From Patescibacteria group bacterium (GTDB taxonomy: Bacteria > Patescibacteriota > Patescibacteriia > Magasanikbacterales > GWA2-37-8), in NCBI GenBank assembly GCA_041649475.1, contig JBAZNA010000001.1:878594-942593 (forward strand): DNA of 64,000 bases, given 5' to 3'. Positions 1 to 10,472 of this stretch are shown here, piece after piece. The notes beneath the pieces were generated by a model. That model had not been told where the DNA came from. It saw only the letters and a list, made by a program, of their open reading frames with translations, and searched no databases. Numbering within the stretch: position 1 is the stretch's first letter; every line of letters starts with the position of its first letter. The position numbers were made by a program, and so were the translations under genes.

Positions 1-199
1 ACACCCATGGCGGACAAATTCGCCTGCCTTTTGTTGGTCCGCTGGGAAGCGCACCGACTGACTTGCCTAAAAATTTTTATAAAGGTTTGAATTATTATCA
101 TTCAATTCCGGTATTTACTTCTGTCGGAGCTGGAGAATCAGGCGGACCGATCAGATTTTTAGATCCGCCGGAGATTTCAGTGATTGAACTGGTCCCCTG

Positions 200-237
200 A
201 AAAAAAAAGGTGCCCGACGCGAACGTTCGCGCCGGGC
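200..237 (-). terminator. Intrinsic terminator
   Basis: Minus strand GCCCGGCGCGAACGTTCGCGTCGGGC hairpin followed by a 9-nt T run. Confidence 0.75.
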
Positions 238-758
238 CCGGACTTCTGCGAGTGGGCGGACTTGTCGCGTGCGATGGTGGTCGCGAGCGAACACGTCACT
301 CCCTGCTTCTCTCGTCTCTCCCGGTACCCCCGGGATCTTGTAACCCCCTCGCGCCGAAGCGCGAGGGGATGACGTGCCGATCAGCTTGTGGCCGTCGGCT
401 GACCCAGCTCCTCGCAGATGGAGATGGGCTATGTTGTGTCTGAACGGGTTCCGCCGTCCGCGGGTTGATGCTGCGTTCGCTGTCAGATCAGTTCCGTCGG
501 CGTAGTTGCCGGCGACGAACTTCTGACAGTGCAACTTGGGGGCCTGGCCGGCGCCGCTTGCTGTGCTGGCGCTAGCCGCCGAGGTCCCCGGCGCCGAGGT
601 GCGCGGCGACGTCGTCGTTGCCGCCCGCGCTGTCGTCGCCGATGTTGCCGATGCCCGATGTCATGGTCGTGAAGCCGTGGCTCACCCGTACTCCTCTCGT
701 CGCATGGCGTCCCTCCTGGTCGTCGTCGCATAGAAACGCAGACAACTTCGTTGGGCAC

Positions 759-787
759 ATAATAGCACAAAATGATGAGTTTGTCAA
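759..787 (-). promoter_or_regulatory. Sigma70-type promoter
   Basis: TTGACA-17nt-TATTAT with extended -10 TG, minus strand. Confidence 0.7.
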
Positions 788-855
788 TAGTTTGGGCCTA
801 TAAAATACAAAAAAATCGCTTATTTTAGCGATTTTTTTATCAGATACTAATAATT

Positions 856-2148
856 TTATGGTTTCAACCTGCCAATAGTCCTCGGAAACGGGATACATTC
901 ACGAATATGTTCCACGCCCGTTATCCAGCGCACCGTGCGCTCCAAACCAATACCAAACCCCGAATGCGGCACACTGCCATATTTTCGCAAATCAGTATAC
1001 CACTGGTAGTCCGCTTCACTTAAGCCCTCGTCTTTGATGCGTTCATACAACAATTCATGATCATCCTCACGCTGGCTGCCGCCGATTAATTCTCCGGCTC
1101 CCTCAATTGCGATCAAATCGTCATTTAAAACCAGTTCCTGATTACTCGGATCGCGCTTCATGTAAAACGGTTTAATGCTTTTCGGCCATTTTTCTATAAA
1201 GACCGGCACCTCCGAATCTTTTGTCAGTAACACCTCATCATCATTGCCTAAATCCTCGCCGTATTTAATATCCGAACCAAGCTCATTTAATTTTTTAATT
1301 GCTTCATCATAAGTCAAACGCGTAAACGGCTGATCGGCCTTCTGTAGCGGTTCAACGTTTCTTTCCAAAATTTCCAATTCTTCTTTACAATTATTTAAAC
1401 AATAACGCACTATGTATCTAACCAATCCTTCCTGAATTTTTAGATTTTCTTCATGCTCCACAAAAGCCGCTTCCGCGTCCATCATCCAAAATTCGGTTAA
1501 ATGCCGTTTAGTTTTGCTCTTCTCGGCTCTAAAAACCGGTCCAAAATCATAACATCGTCCCACCGAAGCAATTGCCGCCTCAATATATAGCTGACCGGAT
1601 TGAGATAAGTAGGCAGTGCCCAAATCAAAATACGGAACCGGAAACAAGGTGGTCGTGCCTTCGCAGGCATTGGGCGTAAAAATTGGCGAGTCAACTTTTA
1701 TAAAATTTTCCTTATGCAGATACTCGTTGATGGCCGTAATAATCGCATCGCGCACGCGCAAAATCGCCCACTGCCTTTTGCTCCTAAGCCACAGATGGCG
1801 AAGATCCATCAAAAAATCAGGACCGTGCTCTTTTTTGCTAATCGGATAATCTTGCGCGTGCTGAATAATTTCCAAATTTTTTATCTGCAATTCATAAACA
1901 TTTTCTTTTTTGGGATGCTTGGTCACTGTGCCGGTAATTATCACCGATGATTCCTGCGACACATCCTCCACCCGAGTCCATGTCTCCTCGCTTAACTGGG
2001 CTTTGACAGCCACGGCCTGTATCCAGCCCGTACCATCCCGCAGTTCCAAGAACCCAATCGGCCCGGATGACCGCTTGTTATACAGCCAGCCCTTTATTGT
2101 AACCTCCTGCCCTACGTATTCGGATATATTCTTGATGAATGTGGACAT
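856..2148 (-). CDS. asnS: Asparagine--tRNA ligase
   Basis: N-terminal OB fold, class IIb motifs ([30 protein letters not shown]). Confidence 0.93.
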   Translation of the reverse strand: MSTFIKNISEYVGQEVTIKGWLYNKRSSGPIGFLELRDGTGWIQAVAVKAQLSEETWTRVEDVSQESSVIITGTVTKHPKKENVYELQIKNLEIIQHAQDYPISKKEHGPDFLMDLRHLWLRSKRQWAILRVRDAIITAINEYLHKENFIKVDSPIFTPNACEGTTTLFPVPYFDLGTAYLSQSGQLYIEAAIASVGRCYDFGPVFRAEKSKTKRHLTEFWMMDAEAAFVEHEENLKIQEGLVRYIVRYCLNNCKEELEILERNVEPLQKADQPFTRLTYDEAIKKLNELGSDIKYGEDLGNDDEVLLTKDSEVPVFIEKWPKSIKPFYMKRDPSNQELVLNDDLIAIEGAGELIGGSQREDDHELLYERIKDEGLSEADYQWYTDLRKYGSVPHSGFGIGLERTVRWITGVEHIRECIPFPRTIGRLKP

Positions 2149-2152
2149 ATTT

Positions 2153-2722
2153 TTAAATTATTCCTAAACTTTTGGCATTTTTAATAAAATCCGGAAGCGG
2201 CCTGCCGTTATGCACCTGCACAAATTTATCTATTATTACAAACAACTGCTCCGCCGGCAGCTTGACAAACCTCTCCAACTCCTCCCCATAGCCAAACAAA
2301 CTCCACAATTTCAAAAGATAATTATTGATTATATTTAAAGGGCTTTTTACCGGCTCGGTATTCAAAAAATGTAAAAAATTTAAAAGTAAATTAAAAATTT
2401 TTTCATCTTTCTCTTCGGTTAAGGTAAACTCATCCAAAACGCGCACAGCATAACCGGCCAAAAAACTTTTGGTTAAGTCGCGCCTAATGTTACCATACAT
2501 TTCCAGCGCTTGTACTTTTGTTAAATGATCAAATTCCTTGCCTTCGGCCACTTCAATTTCCGAGAACGTCGGCCTCTCCAGCCCGGCCGCATTTTTACTG
2601 GTCATTTTTTTAATTCCCTTGGCCAAAAGATTCAATTTGCCGCGCTCAAACGTATAAAGAGAAACCACCTGATCAAATTCTTTTAAATCACGTCTTCCTA
2701 AAGCAATGGCCAGCATAATCAT
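2153..2722 (-). CDS. recO: DNA repair protein RecO (short form)
   Basis: RecO N-terminal pattern ([22 protein letters not shown]); no C-terminal Zn finger. Confidence 0.8.
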   Translation of the reverse strand: MIMLAIALGRRDLKEFDQVVSLYTFERGKLNLLAKGIKKMTSKNAAGLERPTFSEIEVAEGKEFDHLTKVQALEMYGNIRRDLTKSFLAGYAVRVLDEFTLTEEKDEKIFNLLLNFLHFLNTEPVKSPLNIINNYLLKLWSLFGYGEELERFVKLPAEQLFVIIDKFVQVHNGRPLPDFIKNAKSLGII

Positions 2723-3099
2723 TTTTTGTTTTTATAACTCTCCAAAATCACCATGGCCGCTTTTTCATCACGGCTAACGCCTCCGCCCATCTGATCGGCC
2801 TGTTGCGAAGAAAACATTTCATTTACATAATCAATTTTGACATCAGTGCGGTTTTGGAATAGTTCCGCAAAATTTCTAATCTGCTTTGTATGTCCATTTT
2901 CCGTTCCGTCCAGATTAAAGGGCAAGCCAAAAACGACTTCGTCAATTTTTTCTTTTTTAACCAAATCGGTTAATTTAGCCAGTGCGTCAGATTCACTTTC
3001 ATTTAAAATTATTCCAAACGGCAAAACCACATCCAAGCCGGTATCCATCCAGGCCAGGCCAATTCTTTTTTCGCCATAGTCAACACCCAAAATGTTCAT
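2719..3099 (-). CDS. ruvX: RuvX/YqgF resolvase-like nuclease
   Basis: ILGVDYGEKRIGLA, GLP and D..AA..IL motifs. Confidence 0.9.
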   Translation of the reverse strand: MNILGVDYGEKRIGLAWMDTGLDVVLPFGIILNESESDALAKLTDLVKKEKIDEVVFGLPFNLDGTENGHTKQIRNFAELFQNRTDVKIDYVNEMFSSQQADQMGGGVSRDEKAAMVILESYKNKK

Positions 3100-3100
3100 A

Positions 3101-3910
3101 CTAAAAATTTTCTTCCTTCTCCTTCGGCCTTCTGGTTAAAACTTCGTGACCATTTTTGGTCACTACCAAAGTGTGTTCAAAGTGAGCGCACAAAGACCTG
3201 TCAGCCATTTCAATTGTCCAGCCGTCTTTGGCGGTTCTGACGTTATAATTACCCAAAGCAATCATTGGTTCTATGGCAATAACCATGCCTGGTCTTAATT
3301 TATAACGTTCCATTGACTGATCATAAAAATTTGGAATTGGCGGATCTTCGTGCACGGCAGTTCCAACTCCATGCCCGACCAAGTCCCTGATAATACTGTA
3401 TTTTCCTTGTGATTTTACGTATTCTTCTATGGCCAAACCGATATCTGCCACTGTGTTACCCGGCTTTACCGCCTTCATACCCACCTCAAGCGCCTCACGC
3501 GTAACCCCAAGTAATTTTTTAATCTTTGGCGACACTTCGCCTATGGGAACTGTGATGGCTGTATCTGTGTAATAACCGTGTCCGCCTTTAGCGGGCCATT
3601 CCATGCCGATATCAATGCTAAAAATATCGCCGTTTTTTAAAATTCTATTTTTATGCGGAACCCCGTGCACCAATTCATGGTTTAAGGAGGCGCAAATAGT
3701 TCCGGGGAAAGGAATCTCGCCGGCACGGCTGGCGTAATCTTTAAAAGACGGCTTGCCGCCGGCCTCTATAATCATTTTTTCCGCGGCCAAATCAACCGCC
3801 AAAGTAGAAATCCCGGGCCGACACACTTTTTTAAGTTCAGCTAAAATGCGGCTGATGATCTGGCCGCCTTTTTTAATTTGGGCAATTTCCTTGGCGCTTT
3901 TTATTAACAT
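3101..3910 (-). CDS. map: Type I methionine aminopeptidase
   Basis: HGVP, DIG, DTA, GHGVG..VHEDP, EPM, HFEHT metal motifs; position after adk. Confidence 0.95.
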   Translation of the reverse strand: MLIKSAKEIAQIKKGGQIISRILAELKKVCRPGISTLAVDLAAEKMIIEAGGKPSFKDYASRAGEIPFPGTICASLNHELVHGVPHKNRILKNGDIFSIDIGMEWPAKGGHGYYTDTAITVPIGEVSPKIKKLLGVTREALEVGMKAVKPGNTVADIGLAIEEYVKSQGKYSIIRDLVGHGVGTAVHEDPPIPNFYDQSMERYKLRPGMVIAIEPMIALGNYNVRTAKDGWTIEMADRSLCAHFEHTLVVTKNGHEVLTRRPKEKEENF

Positions 3911-3911
3911 A

Positions 3912-4499
3912 CTATTTGCGACCGGCTAAAATCTTATCAATGCTTTTTTCCACTTCGGCAATACTGGGACTGCCGTCAACCTCCGCGAGCAAACCCTTGT
4001 CTTTATAAAAATTTAAAATCGGCGCCAGCGCTTTGGTTCCCTGGGTTTTCACTCTCTCCTCTACGACTTTTTGTTCATCATCTTGTCTGTTCTCAAGCAA
4101 TTTACGCTTTGCCAGCCGCGCAAAAATTTCTTTGTCCGTTAAGGAAACATGGAATACAAGCACGCTAAGTTTGTTTTCTTGAAAAAACTTTTGAAAATCT
4201 CCGGCTTGTTTTAAATTTCTAATCGCTCCGTCAAGCACGACGCCGTCTTTATTTTTTAAATCTTTAATAATCTGGGCAAAAGTTAACCGGTAAATCAAAT
4301 CATCCGGAGCCAACTCGCCTTCTTTTAAAACTTCATCCAAAATATTTTTTTCCTTTAGAGAAATCTCCGGGCTTTTGTATAAACTCCTTAACAAATCACC
4401 GGTGGAGATGTGCTCGTAATTATATTTCTCGGCTATTTTTTTGGCTTGCGTGCCCTTGCCTGACCCCGGCGGGCCAATCATTATAATAACTTTTTCCAT
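3912..4499 (-). CDS. adk: Adenylate kinase (short LID)
   Basis: GPPGSGKGTQA P-loop, HISTGDLLR, R.DD; between secY and map. Confidence 0.9.
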   Translation of the reverse strand: MEKVIIMIGPPGSGKGTQAKKIAEKYNYEHISTGDLLRSLYKSPEISLKEKNILDEVLKEGELAPDDLIYRLTFAQIIKDLKNKDGVVLDGAIRNLKQAGDFQKFFQENKLSVLVFHVSLTDKEIFARLAKRKLLENRQDDEQKVVEERVKTQGTKALAPILNFYKDKGLLAEVDGSPSIAEVEKSIDKILAGRK

Positions 4500-4576
4500 G
4501 TTGTATTGTGTTTTAATTAAAAAAAGGCTTTTTAAGCCCCTTTAGTTTATCATGTGTCTATATTTATTTCAATATG

Positions 4577-5851
4577 CTAGATCTGGTCGTAAGCATGCAT
4601 GGTCAGCTGTGCTTCTATTTGTTTAGCCGTCTCAATTGCCACTGAAACCACGATTAACAAACTGGTACCGCCGATGGCCAAGCTGTTTGTGCCCATGAAG
4701 CCCTGAACTATCAAAGGTAAAATGGCAATTATGCCCAAAAATAAAGCGCCAATTAAATTTATGCGATTCATGGTTTCGCCCAGATATTTTTCGGTCTCTT
4801 TGCCCGGTCTTATGCCCGGAATAAAACCGCCTTGTTTTTGCAAATTTTCAGCAATTTTTTGCGGATGGAAAATAACGGCCGTATAAAAATAGGTAAAGCC
4901 GAAAACCAACACAAAATACATTATGGCATAAAAAATCTGGTTCTGAAAAATGGCTATGGTGTGAGTCGCGAAGTTGGCAATCCAGGCGGTTTTGGCTTGG
5001 GCAAAAAATTGAGCGATAAGCGGCGGAAACAGGATCAAAGAGATGGCAAAGATAATCGGAATAACTCCGGCCATATTCACGCGCAAAGGCAAATGAGAGG
5101 TACTGCCTCCATACATACGGTTGCCGCGCACCTGTTTGGCGTAATTTACCGGAATATTGCGCTGGCCTTCATTTATGAACACCACCCCGACGATGGTTAA
5201 AAGGGCAATGCCGGCAAATAAAATCATTGTATAAAAATCGGCCGAGCTATAATTTAAAGACATGGTTCTTATCGCTCCGGGCAAAGAAGCCACAATGCCG
5301 GAAAATATCAGCAGAGAAATTCCATTGCCGATTTTTTGTTCGGTAATAAGTTCACCGAGCCACATCAAAAACATGGTACCACCGGTTATGGTGATCATAA
5401 TGGTGAAAAGGCGAAAAGGATTGATGTCGGTTATGATGGGTAAAGCCGAATTGCTAAGCAGTTTAATCATGGCGTAGGATTGTAAAAACGCCAAAGGAAC
5501 GGTAAGCAAACGCGTATAATTATTAATCTTCTGCTGGCCGGCTTCGCCTTCTTTGGTCATCTCTTCAAGCTTAGGCACGATCATGCTAAGCAACTGGAAA
5601 ATGATTGAAGCGGTGATATAAGGACCGACGCCAAGCATGACTATGGAAAAATTTTTCATTGTTCCGCCGGAAAAAACGTCCAATAAGCCAAAGACCTGAT
5701 TGCCGGCTAGAAACTGCCTTAAATTTTCCAAATTTATACCCGGGATTGGAATGTGGGCAACCAATCTGAAAACAACCAAAAGCGCAAGCACAAACAAAAC
5801 CTTGTTTCTGATGTCTTTAATTTTCCAGACCTGCTGGATTTTATCCCACAT
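4577..5851 (-). CDS. secY: Preprotein translocase SecY
   Basis: LGVGPYITASII, GNGISL, GVIPIIFA, FIPGIRPG, GGTSLLI. Confidence 0.97.
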   Translation of the reverse strand: MWDKIQQVWKIKDIRNKVLFVLALLVVFRLVAHIPIPGINLENLRQFLAGNQVFGLLDVFSGGTMKNFSIVMLGVGPYITASIIFQLLSMIVPKLEEMTKEGEAGQQKINNYTRLLTVPLAFLQSYAMIKLLSNSALPIITDINPFRLFTIMITITGGTMFLMWLGELITEQKIGNGISLLIFSGIVASLPGAIRTMSLNYSSADFYTMILFAGIALLTIVGVVFINEGQRNIPVNYAKQVRGNRMYGGSTSHLPLRVNMAGVIPIIFAISLILFPPLIAQFFAQAKTAWIANFATHTIAIFQNQIFYAIMYFVLVFGFTYFYTAVIFHPQKIAENLQKQGGFIPGIRPGKETEKYLGETMNRINLIGALFLGIIAILPLIVQGFMGTNSLAIGGTSLLIVVSVAIETAKQIEAQLTMHAYDQI

Positions 5852-5866
5852 AATATAAGGGAATGA

Positions 5867-6307
5867 TTATTTGATTTCTCCGCCAACGCTTTTTATTTTT
5901 TCGGCGGCTTTGGGGGTGCAAATGATGCCTTCCAAGGTTAATTTTTTGGCCAGATCGCCCTTAAACACAACTTTGGCGGCTTTGGCGTTATTGTTAATTA
6001 TATTCTTCTCTTTCAAAGAAGACAAATTCACAACCTCGCCTTCGTTATATTTTCTATCTAAATCGCTAAGATACACCTCGGCCGGTTTTATTTTTAAACT
6101 GTGAAAACCGCGCAATTTTTTAGTTGATGCCATTAAATATTTAAAGCCCTTCAGGTTTAATCCGCGGCTTCCGCCCGAACGGGCGGTCTGGCCTTTGCCG
6201 CCTCTGGTAGAATAATTACCGTGGCCGGAGGCATTGCCTCGGCCAAGTATTTTGCGCTTGCGTTTTGAACCACGGGCCGGCTTAATTGTGTTTGGTTGTA
6301 ACATCAT
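5867..6307 (-). CDS. rplO: 50S ribosomal protein L15
   Basis: GRG..SG.G..S.RG.KGQ.ARSG; operon position. Confidence 0.95.
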   Translation of the reverse strand: MMLQPNTIKPARGSKRKRKILGRGNASGHGNYSTRGGKGQTARSGGSRGLNLKGFKYLMASTKKLRGFHSLKIKPAEVYLSDLDRKYNEGEVVNLSSLKEKNIINNNAKAAKVVFKGDLAKKLTLEGIICTPKAAEKIKSVGGEIK

Positions 6308-6312
6308 ATTTA

Positions 6313-6792
6313 TTACTGTTTTGCTTTAAACAATTGCAGGGCCTCAAAAGCGGCCTTCAAGATTGTCACCTTATTTTTTGTTTTGCCTAAAATTTTTGAG
6401 GAAACATTCGGTATGCCGGCCAATTCCAACAGCGAACGCACAGCGCCGCCGGCGATAATTCCAGATCCCTTTGGGGCCGGTTTGAGCATAATGGTAGCGG
6501 CCTTAAATTTATAATAAATGGGGTGCGGAATGGTTTCATTGACAATTGGCACGTGAATCATATTCTTTTTGGCCTGATGAACGGCCTTCTCAACTCCCAA
6601 CTGCACATCCTTGCCTTTGGCCAAACCAAAACCGACTTTGCCGTGCCGGTCGCCCAAAATAACGCAAGCGCGAAAACTCAAATGCTTGCCGCCTTTAGTA
6701 ACTCTGGTAACGCGGCTCAAATCAAGAATATATTGATCATATTCGCTTTTTTCGCGCGGTTTGTCGCCTCTTCTGTTTGATGGTCTATTCAT
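6313..6792 (-). CDS. rpsE: 30S ribosomal protein S5
   Basis: RVTRVTKGGK, PAPKGSGIIAGG. Confidence 0.96.
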   Translation of the reverse strand: MNRPSNRRGDKPREKSEYDQYILDLSRVTRVTKGGKHLSFRACVILGDRHGKVGFGLAKGKDVQLGVEKAVHQAKKNMIHVPIVNETIPHPIYYKFKAATIMLKPAPKGSGIIAGGAVRSLLELAGIPNVSSKILGKTKNKVTILKAAFEALQLFKAKQ

Positions 6793-6807
6793 ATATCAAT
6801 TTTATCT

Positions 6808-7182
6808 TTAGAACACTAATCCGCCTTCTCTGGCGCCTTCAGCCAGCGCTTTCACCCGGCCATGATATTTATATCCGGCTCTGTCAAAAACAACCTTGGT
6901 TATTTTTTTGGCCTTGGCCTTTTCCGCCAATAATTTTCCAACCATATAAGCAGTGCCAATCTTGCCGGCATATTTTTCGGCTTTCTGTTTGACAACTTCT
7001 TTGGCGCTGACATAGCACAAGGTCTGGCCCTTATCATCATTGATCAATTGGGCGGTAACAGATCTTAAGCCCCTAAATATGGATAATCTCGGCTTTAGGG
7101 CTGTGCCTACTATCGTGGCTCTGACTCTGGCGTGCCTCACCTGGCGCAGCTTATTTTTATTTTTTTTGAATAATCTTTTCAT
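6808..7182 (-). CDS. rplR: 50S ribosomal protein L18
   Basis: PRLSIFR, VVFDRAGYKYHGRVKALA. Confidence 0.96.
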   Translation of the reverse strand: MKRLFKKNKNKLRQVRHARVRATIVGTALKPRLSIFRGLRSVTAQLINDDKGQTLCYVSAKEVVKQKAEKYAGKIGTAYMVGKLLAEKAKAKKITKVVFDRAGYKYHGRVKALAEGAREGGLVF

Positions 7183-7196
7183 ATAAATTTATCATT

Positions 7197-7745
7197 TTAA
7201 GCGGCGGCCTTGGTGGCGGTCTTGCCGGCTTTGCGTCTTATCACCTCGTCAATATATCTTATACCCTTGCCCTTGTATGGCTCGGGTTTTTTGACGCGTC
7301 TAATCTGCGCGGCTATTTCGCCAACCACCTGTTTATCAAAACCTTCCACGGTTATTAAATTTTTTTCAACGGCAAATTTTATTCCCTGTGGCGGTACAAC
7401 CTCAACCGGATGGGAAAAACCCACTTCCAACATTAAATTTGCGCCTTTCATCGCGGCTTTAAAACCAACGCCGTTTATTTCCAGCTGTTTTTTAAATCCC
7501 TCGGTTACGCCTTTCACCATATTCAAAATCAAACTGGCAAAAGTCCCCCAAAGCGCCCTGTCCTGTTTATTATTCGGACTGACTACGCTCAAACTAAAAC
7601 CGTCCGCTTCTTTGGCAACCGTAACGTGCGGATGTAATTTCTGCCGTAACTCGCCTTTTGGACCCTTAACTACAACTTCATCCTTTTGAATCTCTAAGGT
7701 GACGCCCGACGGTAAAGTAATTTTCTTTTTGCCTATTCTAGACAT
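7197..7745 (-). CDS. rplF: 50S ribosomal protein L6
   Basis: MSRIGK, PEPYKGKGIRY. Confidence 0.97.
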   Translation of the reverse strand: MSRIGKKKITLPSGVTLEIQKDEVVVKGPKGELRQKLHPHVTVAKEADGFSLSVVSPNNKQDRALWGTFASLILNMVKGVTEGFKKQLEINGVGFKAAMKGANLMLEVGFSHPVEVVPPQGIKFAVEKNLITVEGFDKQVVGEIAAQIRRVKKPEPYKGKGIRYIDEVIRRKAGKTATKAAA

Positions 7746-7750
7746 ATAAT

Positions 7751-8140
7751 TTAGAACACTTCACAAATTAATTCACCGCCAAGGTGCATATTTCTGGCCT
7801 CAACGTTGGTTAATAATCCTTTTGGCGTAGATAAAATGGCCAAACCAAAACCGCTTAACACGGTCTGAATTTCCTCATTCTTAACATAGCGGCGATGTCC
7901 GGGCTTGCTGATTCTTTTGACATTGTTAATAGCCGGTTGACCGTTATAATACTTCAGGGTCAGCATAATTTGCGGATGAGTTTCTTTTACTTCTTCGGCC
8001 TTAATTAAATAGCCGTTCTTAACCAAAATATCAGCAATGGCCATTTTCAATTTTGAGTATGGCACAACAACCTCTTTCTTATGAACGTTAGAGGCGTTTC
8101 GTATTCTGGTTAGCATGTCAGCTATAGGGTCCGTCATCAT
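7751..8140 (-). CDS. rpsH: 30S ribosomal protein S8
   Basis: MTDPIADMLTRIRNA, SKPG.R.Y, GGEL; start moved to ATG at 8140. Confidence 0.96.
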   Translation of the reverse strand: MMTDPIADMLTRIRNASNVHKKEVVVPYSKLKMAIADILVKNGYLIKAEEVKETHPQIMLTLKYYNGQPAINNVKRISKPGHRRYVKNEEIQTVLSGFGLAILSTPKGLLTNVEARNMHLGGELICEVF

Positions 8141-8157
8141 AAATGTTATCTTATTAA

Positions 8158-8343
8158 TTACCAACTTGATTTTCTAATTCCCGGAATCTTTCCTTGATTG
8201 GCCAATTCTCTAAAACAAATACGGCACAACCCGAACTTACCCATGTAACCATGCACGCGTCCGCATTTCCAGCAGCGTCTGACTTTTCTGGTTGAAAATT
8301 TGGGTTTTCGGTTTGATTTTGCGATTTGCGATTGAGTAGCCAT
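8158..8343 (-). CDS. rpsN: 30S ribosomal protein S14, zinc-binding type
   Basis: CWKC..CRIC motif, 61 aa. Confidence 0.95.
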   Translation of the reverse strand: MATQSQIAKSNRKPKFSTRKVRRCWKCGRVHGYMGKFGLCRICFRELANQGKIPGIRKSSW

Positions 8344-8346
8344 ATA

Positions 8347-8889
8347 TTACTTAACAAAAGGAATTCCTAAATGAGTTAATAGCGATTTGCCTTCTTCTTT
8401 GTTTTTAGCCGTCGTATTGATAATTATCTGCAAACCGTGCATTTTTTCAATATCTTCCGATTTAATTTCCGGAAAAGACAAGTTTTCTTTAAAACCAATC
8501 GTATAATTTCCATTGTGATCAAAACTTTTTGCTGACACGCCTCTAAAGTCGCGGACGCGCGGCAAGGTAATGGAAACTAACTTTTCTAAAAACTGGTACA
8601 TTCTCGGTCCGCGCAAAGTAACCATCACGCCGATATCCATGCCTTCTCTGATTTTAAAGTTGGAAATAGATTTTTTGGCTTTGGTTCTGACCGGTTTCTG
8701 GCCGGAAATCTTGGTCAGCGTGCTTTCCACATTTTCTATAAAATGCGGCTCTTTAATAAAGCGGCCCACCCCGGCATTAATAATTATTTTGGCCACCCTT
8801 GGCGTTTGCATAATATTTTTGTAGCCAAATTCCGCCTTCATCGCCGGCACAACTTCCTTTTTGTATTTTTCGTATAAATTCACTTTCAT
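8347..8889 (-). CDS. rplE: 50S ribosomal protein L5
   Basis: [19 protein letters not shown]; start moved to ATG at 8889. Confidence 0.96.
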   Translation of the reverse strand: MKVNLYEKYKKEVVPAMKAEFGYKNIMQTPRVAKIIINAGVGRFIKEPHFIENVESTLTKISGQKPVRTKAKKSISNFKIREGMDIGVMVTLRGPRMYQFLEKLVSITLPRVRDFRGVSAKSFDHNGNYTIGFKENLSFPEIKSEDIEKMHGLQIIINTTAKNKEEGKSLLTHLGIPFVK

Positions 8890-8893
8890 ATTG

Positions 8894-9202
8894 TTATTCA
8901 ATGACTTCGTTGCATTTTTTACACTGTCGCTTTTTGACATTCGCTTCTGTTTTATAGCCAACCCTGGTTTCCTTGCTGCATTTTGGACAAATCAGGACTA
9001 CATTGCTGGCATGAATCGGTCCGGCCAATTCTATGGTCTGGCCCTTCTCGCCTTTGCGCTGGGTCTTCATGTGTTTTTTTATCATATTCGCGCCTTCCAC
9101 TACCACTCTTTCTCTCTTTGGAAAAACCTGAAGTACCTTGCCGGTCTTACCCTTGTCTTTTCCGGTGATAATTTTTACCTGATCGTTGGTTTTTATTTTC
9201 AT
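8894..9202 (-). CDS. rplX: 50S ribosomal protein L24
   Basis: KOW motif [17 protein letters not shown]. Confidence 0.96.
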   Translation of the reverse strand: MKIKTNDQVKIITGKDKGKTGKVLQVFPKRERVVVEGANMIKKHMKTQRKGEKGQTIELAGPIHASNVVLICPKCSKETRVGYKTEANVKKRQCKKCNEVIE

Positions 9203-9210
9203 ATGAGATT

Positions 9211-9582
9211 TTACAAAACTTCAGGCGCTAAAGAAATAATTTTCTGAAAACCTTTTGTTCGCAATTCTCTGGCTACCGGACCCAAAATACGCGTGCCTTT
9301 CGGTTCTTTTGTTTTCCTGTCAATTAACACGGCCGCGTTGTCGTCAAAACGAATATAAGTGCCGTCCGGTCTTCGTCTTTCTTTATGTTGTCTGACAATC
9401 ACCACATGCACAACCTCGCCTTTTTTGACCAAGCCATGCGGAGCGGCTTCTTTTACCGCGCAAGTGACAACATCCCCAAGCTGGGCGTATCTTTTTTTAT
9501 AGCCGCCAAGCACGCGGATGCACTGCAATCTTTTTGCTCCGGAATTGTCTGCAACCACCAGAATTGTTCTATGTTGAATCAT
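9211..9582 (-). CDS. rplN: 50S ribosomal protein L14
   Basis: VADNSGA, FDDNAAV, SLAPEVL. Confidence 0.97.
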   Translation of the reverse strand: MIQHRTILVVADNSGAKRLQCIRVLGGYKKRYAQLGDVVTCAVKEAAPHGLVKKGEVVHVVIVRQHKERRRPDGTYIRFDDNAAVLIDRKTKEPKGTRILGPVARELRTKGFQKIISLAPEVL

Positions 9583-9589
9583 ATACGGC

Positions 9590-9850
9590 TTAAGTATTTT
9601 TCTTTAAAACTTCAACCAATCTCCATCTTTTGGTTTTTGATAAGGGGCGGCATTCCACAAAACTGACAATATCCCCGAGTTTAGCTTCGCTCTTTTCATC
9701 ATGAACCAAATATTTACGGCTGACCTTATAGGACTTGTTGTATTTCTCATGCAGTTTCATGGCATCAACACGCACGGCAATGGTTTTTTTCATAGCCGCG
9801 GAAACGACCTGGCCTTCAAATTTTCTCGGATTGATTTGTTTTTTCTCCAT
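9590..9850 (-). CDS. rpsQ: 30S ribosomal protein S17
   Basis: [11 protein letters not shown]. Confidence 0.96.
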   Translation of the reverse strand: MEKKQINPRKFEGQVVSAAMKKTIAVRVDAMKLHEKYNKSYKVSRKYLVHDEKSEAKLGDIVSFVECRPLSKTKRWRLVEVLKKNT

Positions 9851-9854
9851 ATAT

Positions 9855-10049
9855 TTATTTCTTTTTTGCCATTTGTTTTAAAAGCATGGAAATACGGGCA
9901 ATCGTTTTCTTAACCAAATTAATTTTATGAACCTGCTTTAATTGCCGGTTGTGCGCCTGAAAAGCAAGATTCTGCAAGTCCTGTCTTTGCAAATTCAATA
10001 ATTCTTTTAATTCCGCTTCGCTTCTGCTTTTAAGATCAGCAAACTCCAT
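9855..10049 (-). CDS. rpmC: 50S ribosomal protein L29
   Basis: Size, position, KKTIARI motif. Confidence 0.9.
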   Translation of the reverse strand: MEFADLKSRSEAELKELLNLQRQDLQNLAFQAHNRQLKQVHKINLVKKTIARISMLLKQMAKKK

Positions 10050-10050
10050 A

Positions 10051-10464
10051 TTATTGTTTGATTACAAATTTTGTCTTAACGCCGATTTTAAACGCGGCCA
10101 TTCTGATCGCGTCTTTGGCTACAGTTTCCGGCACGCCGCCCATTTCAAACATCACTGTGCCGGGTTTGACAACCGCCACATAATGATCCGGCGACCCTTT
10201 GCCTCCGCCCATTGGGGTTTCGTTTCCTTTTTTTGTAACCGGCTTATCCGGAAAAACTCTAATCCAAATTTTTCCGCCCTTTCTGACATATCGGGTTAAA
10301 ACTCTTCGGGCCGCTTCAATCTGCCGGCTGTCTATCCAGCCATGTTCCAAACATTTCATACCGAATTCACCAAAATCTACCCTGGTTGTTCTGGTAGCCA
10401 CTCCCAAGCTTCTCTTTCTGCCTTTATGCCATTTTCTATGTAAAACTTTCTTTGGATATAACAT
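10051..10464 (-). CDS. rplP: 50S ribosomal protein L16
   Basis: [22 protein letters not shown]. Confidence 0.97.
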   Translation of the reverse strand: MLYPKKVLHRKWHKGRKRSLGVATRTTRVDFGEFGMKCLEHGWIDSRQIEAARRVLTRYVRKGGKIWIRVFPDKPVTKKGNETPMGGGKGSPDHYVAVVKPGTVMFEMGGVPETVAKDAIRMAAFKIGVKTKFVIKQ

Positions 10465-10472
10465 ATGCTTGA

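Noticed and set aside
675-710. UGA recoding (genetic code 25) to extend MRREEYG
   Set aside because: Core genes have no internal TGA and several genes end in TGA (for example recO-overlapping ruvX and rpiB), so code 11 applies
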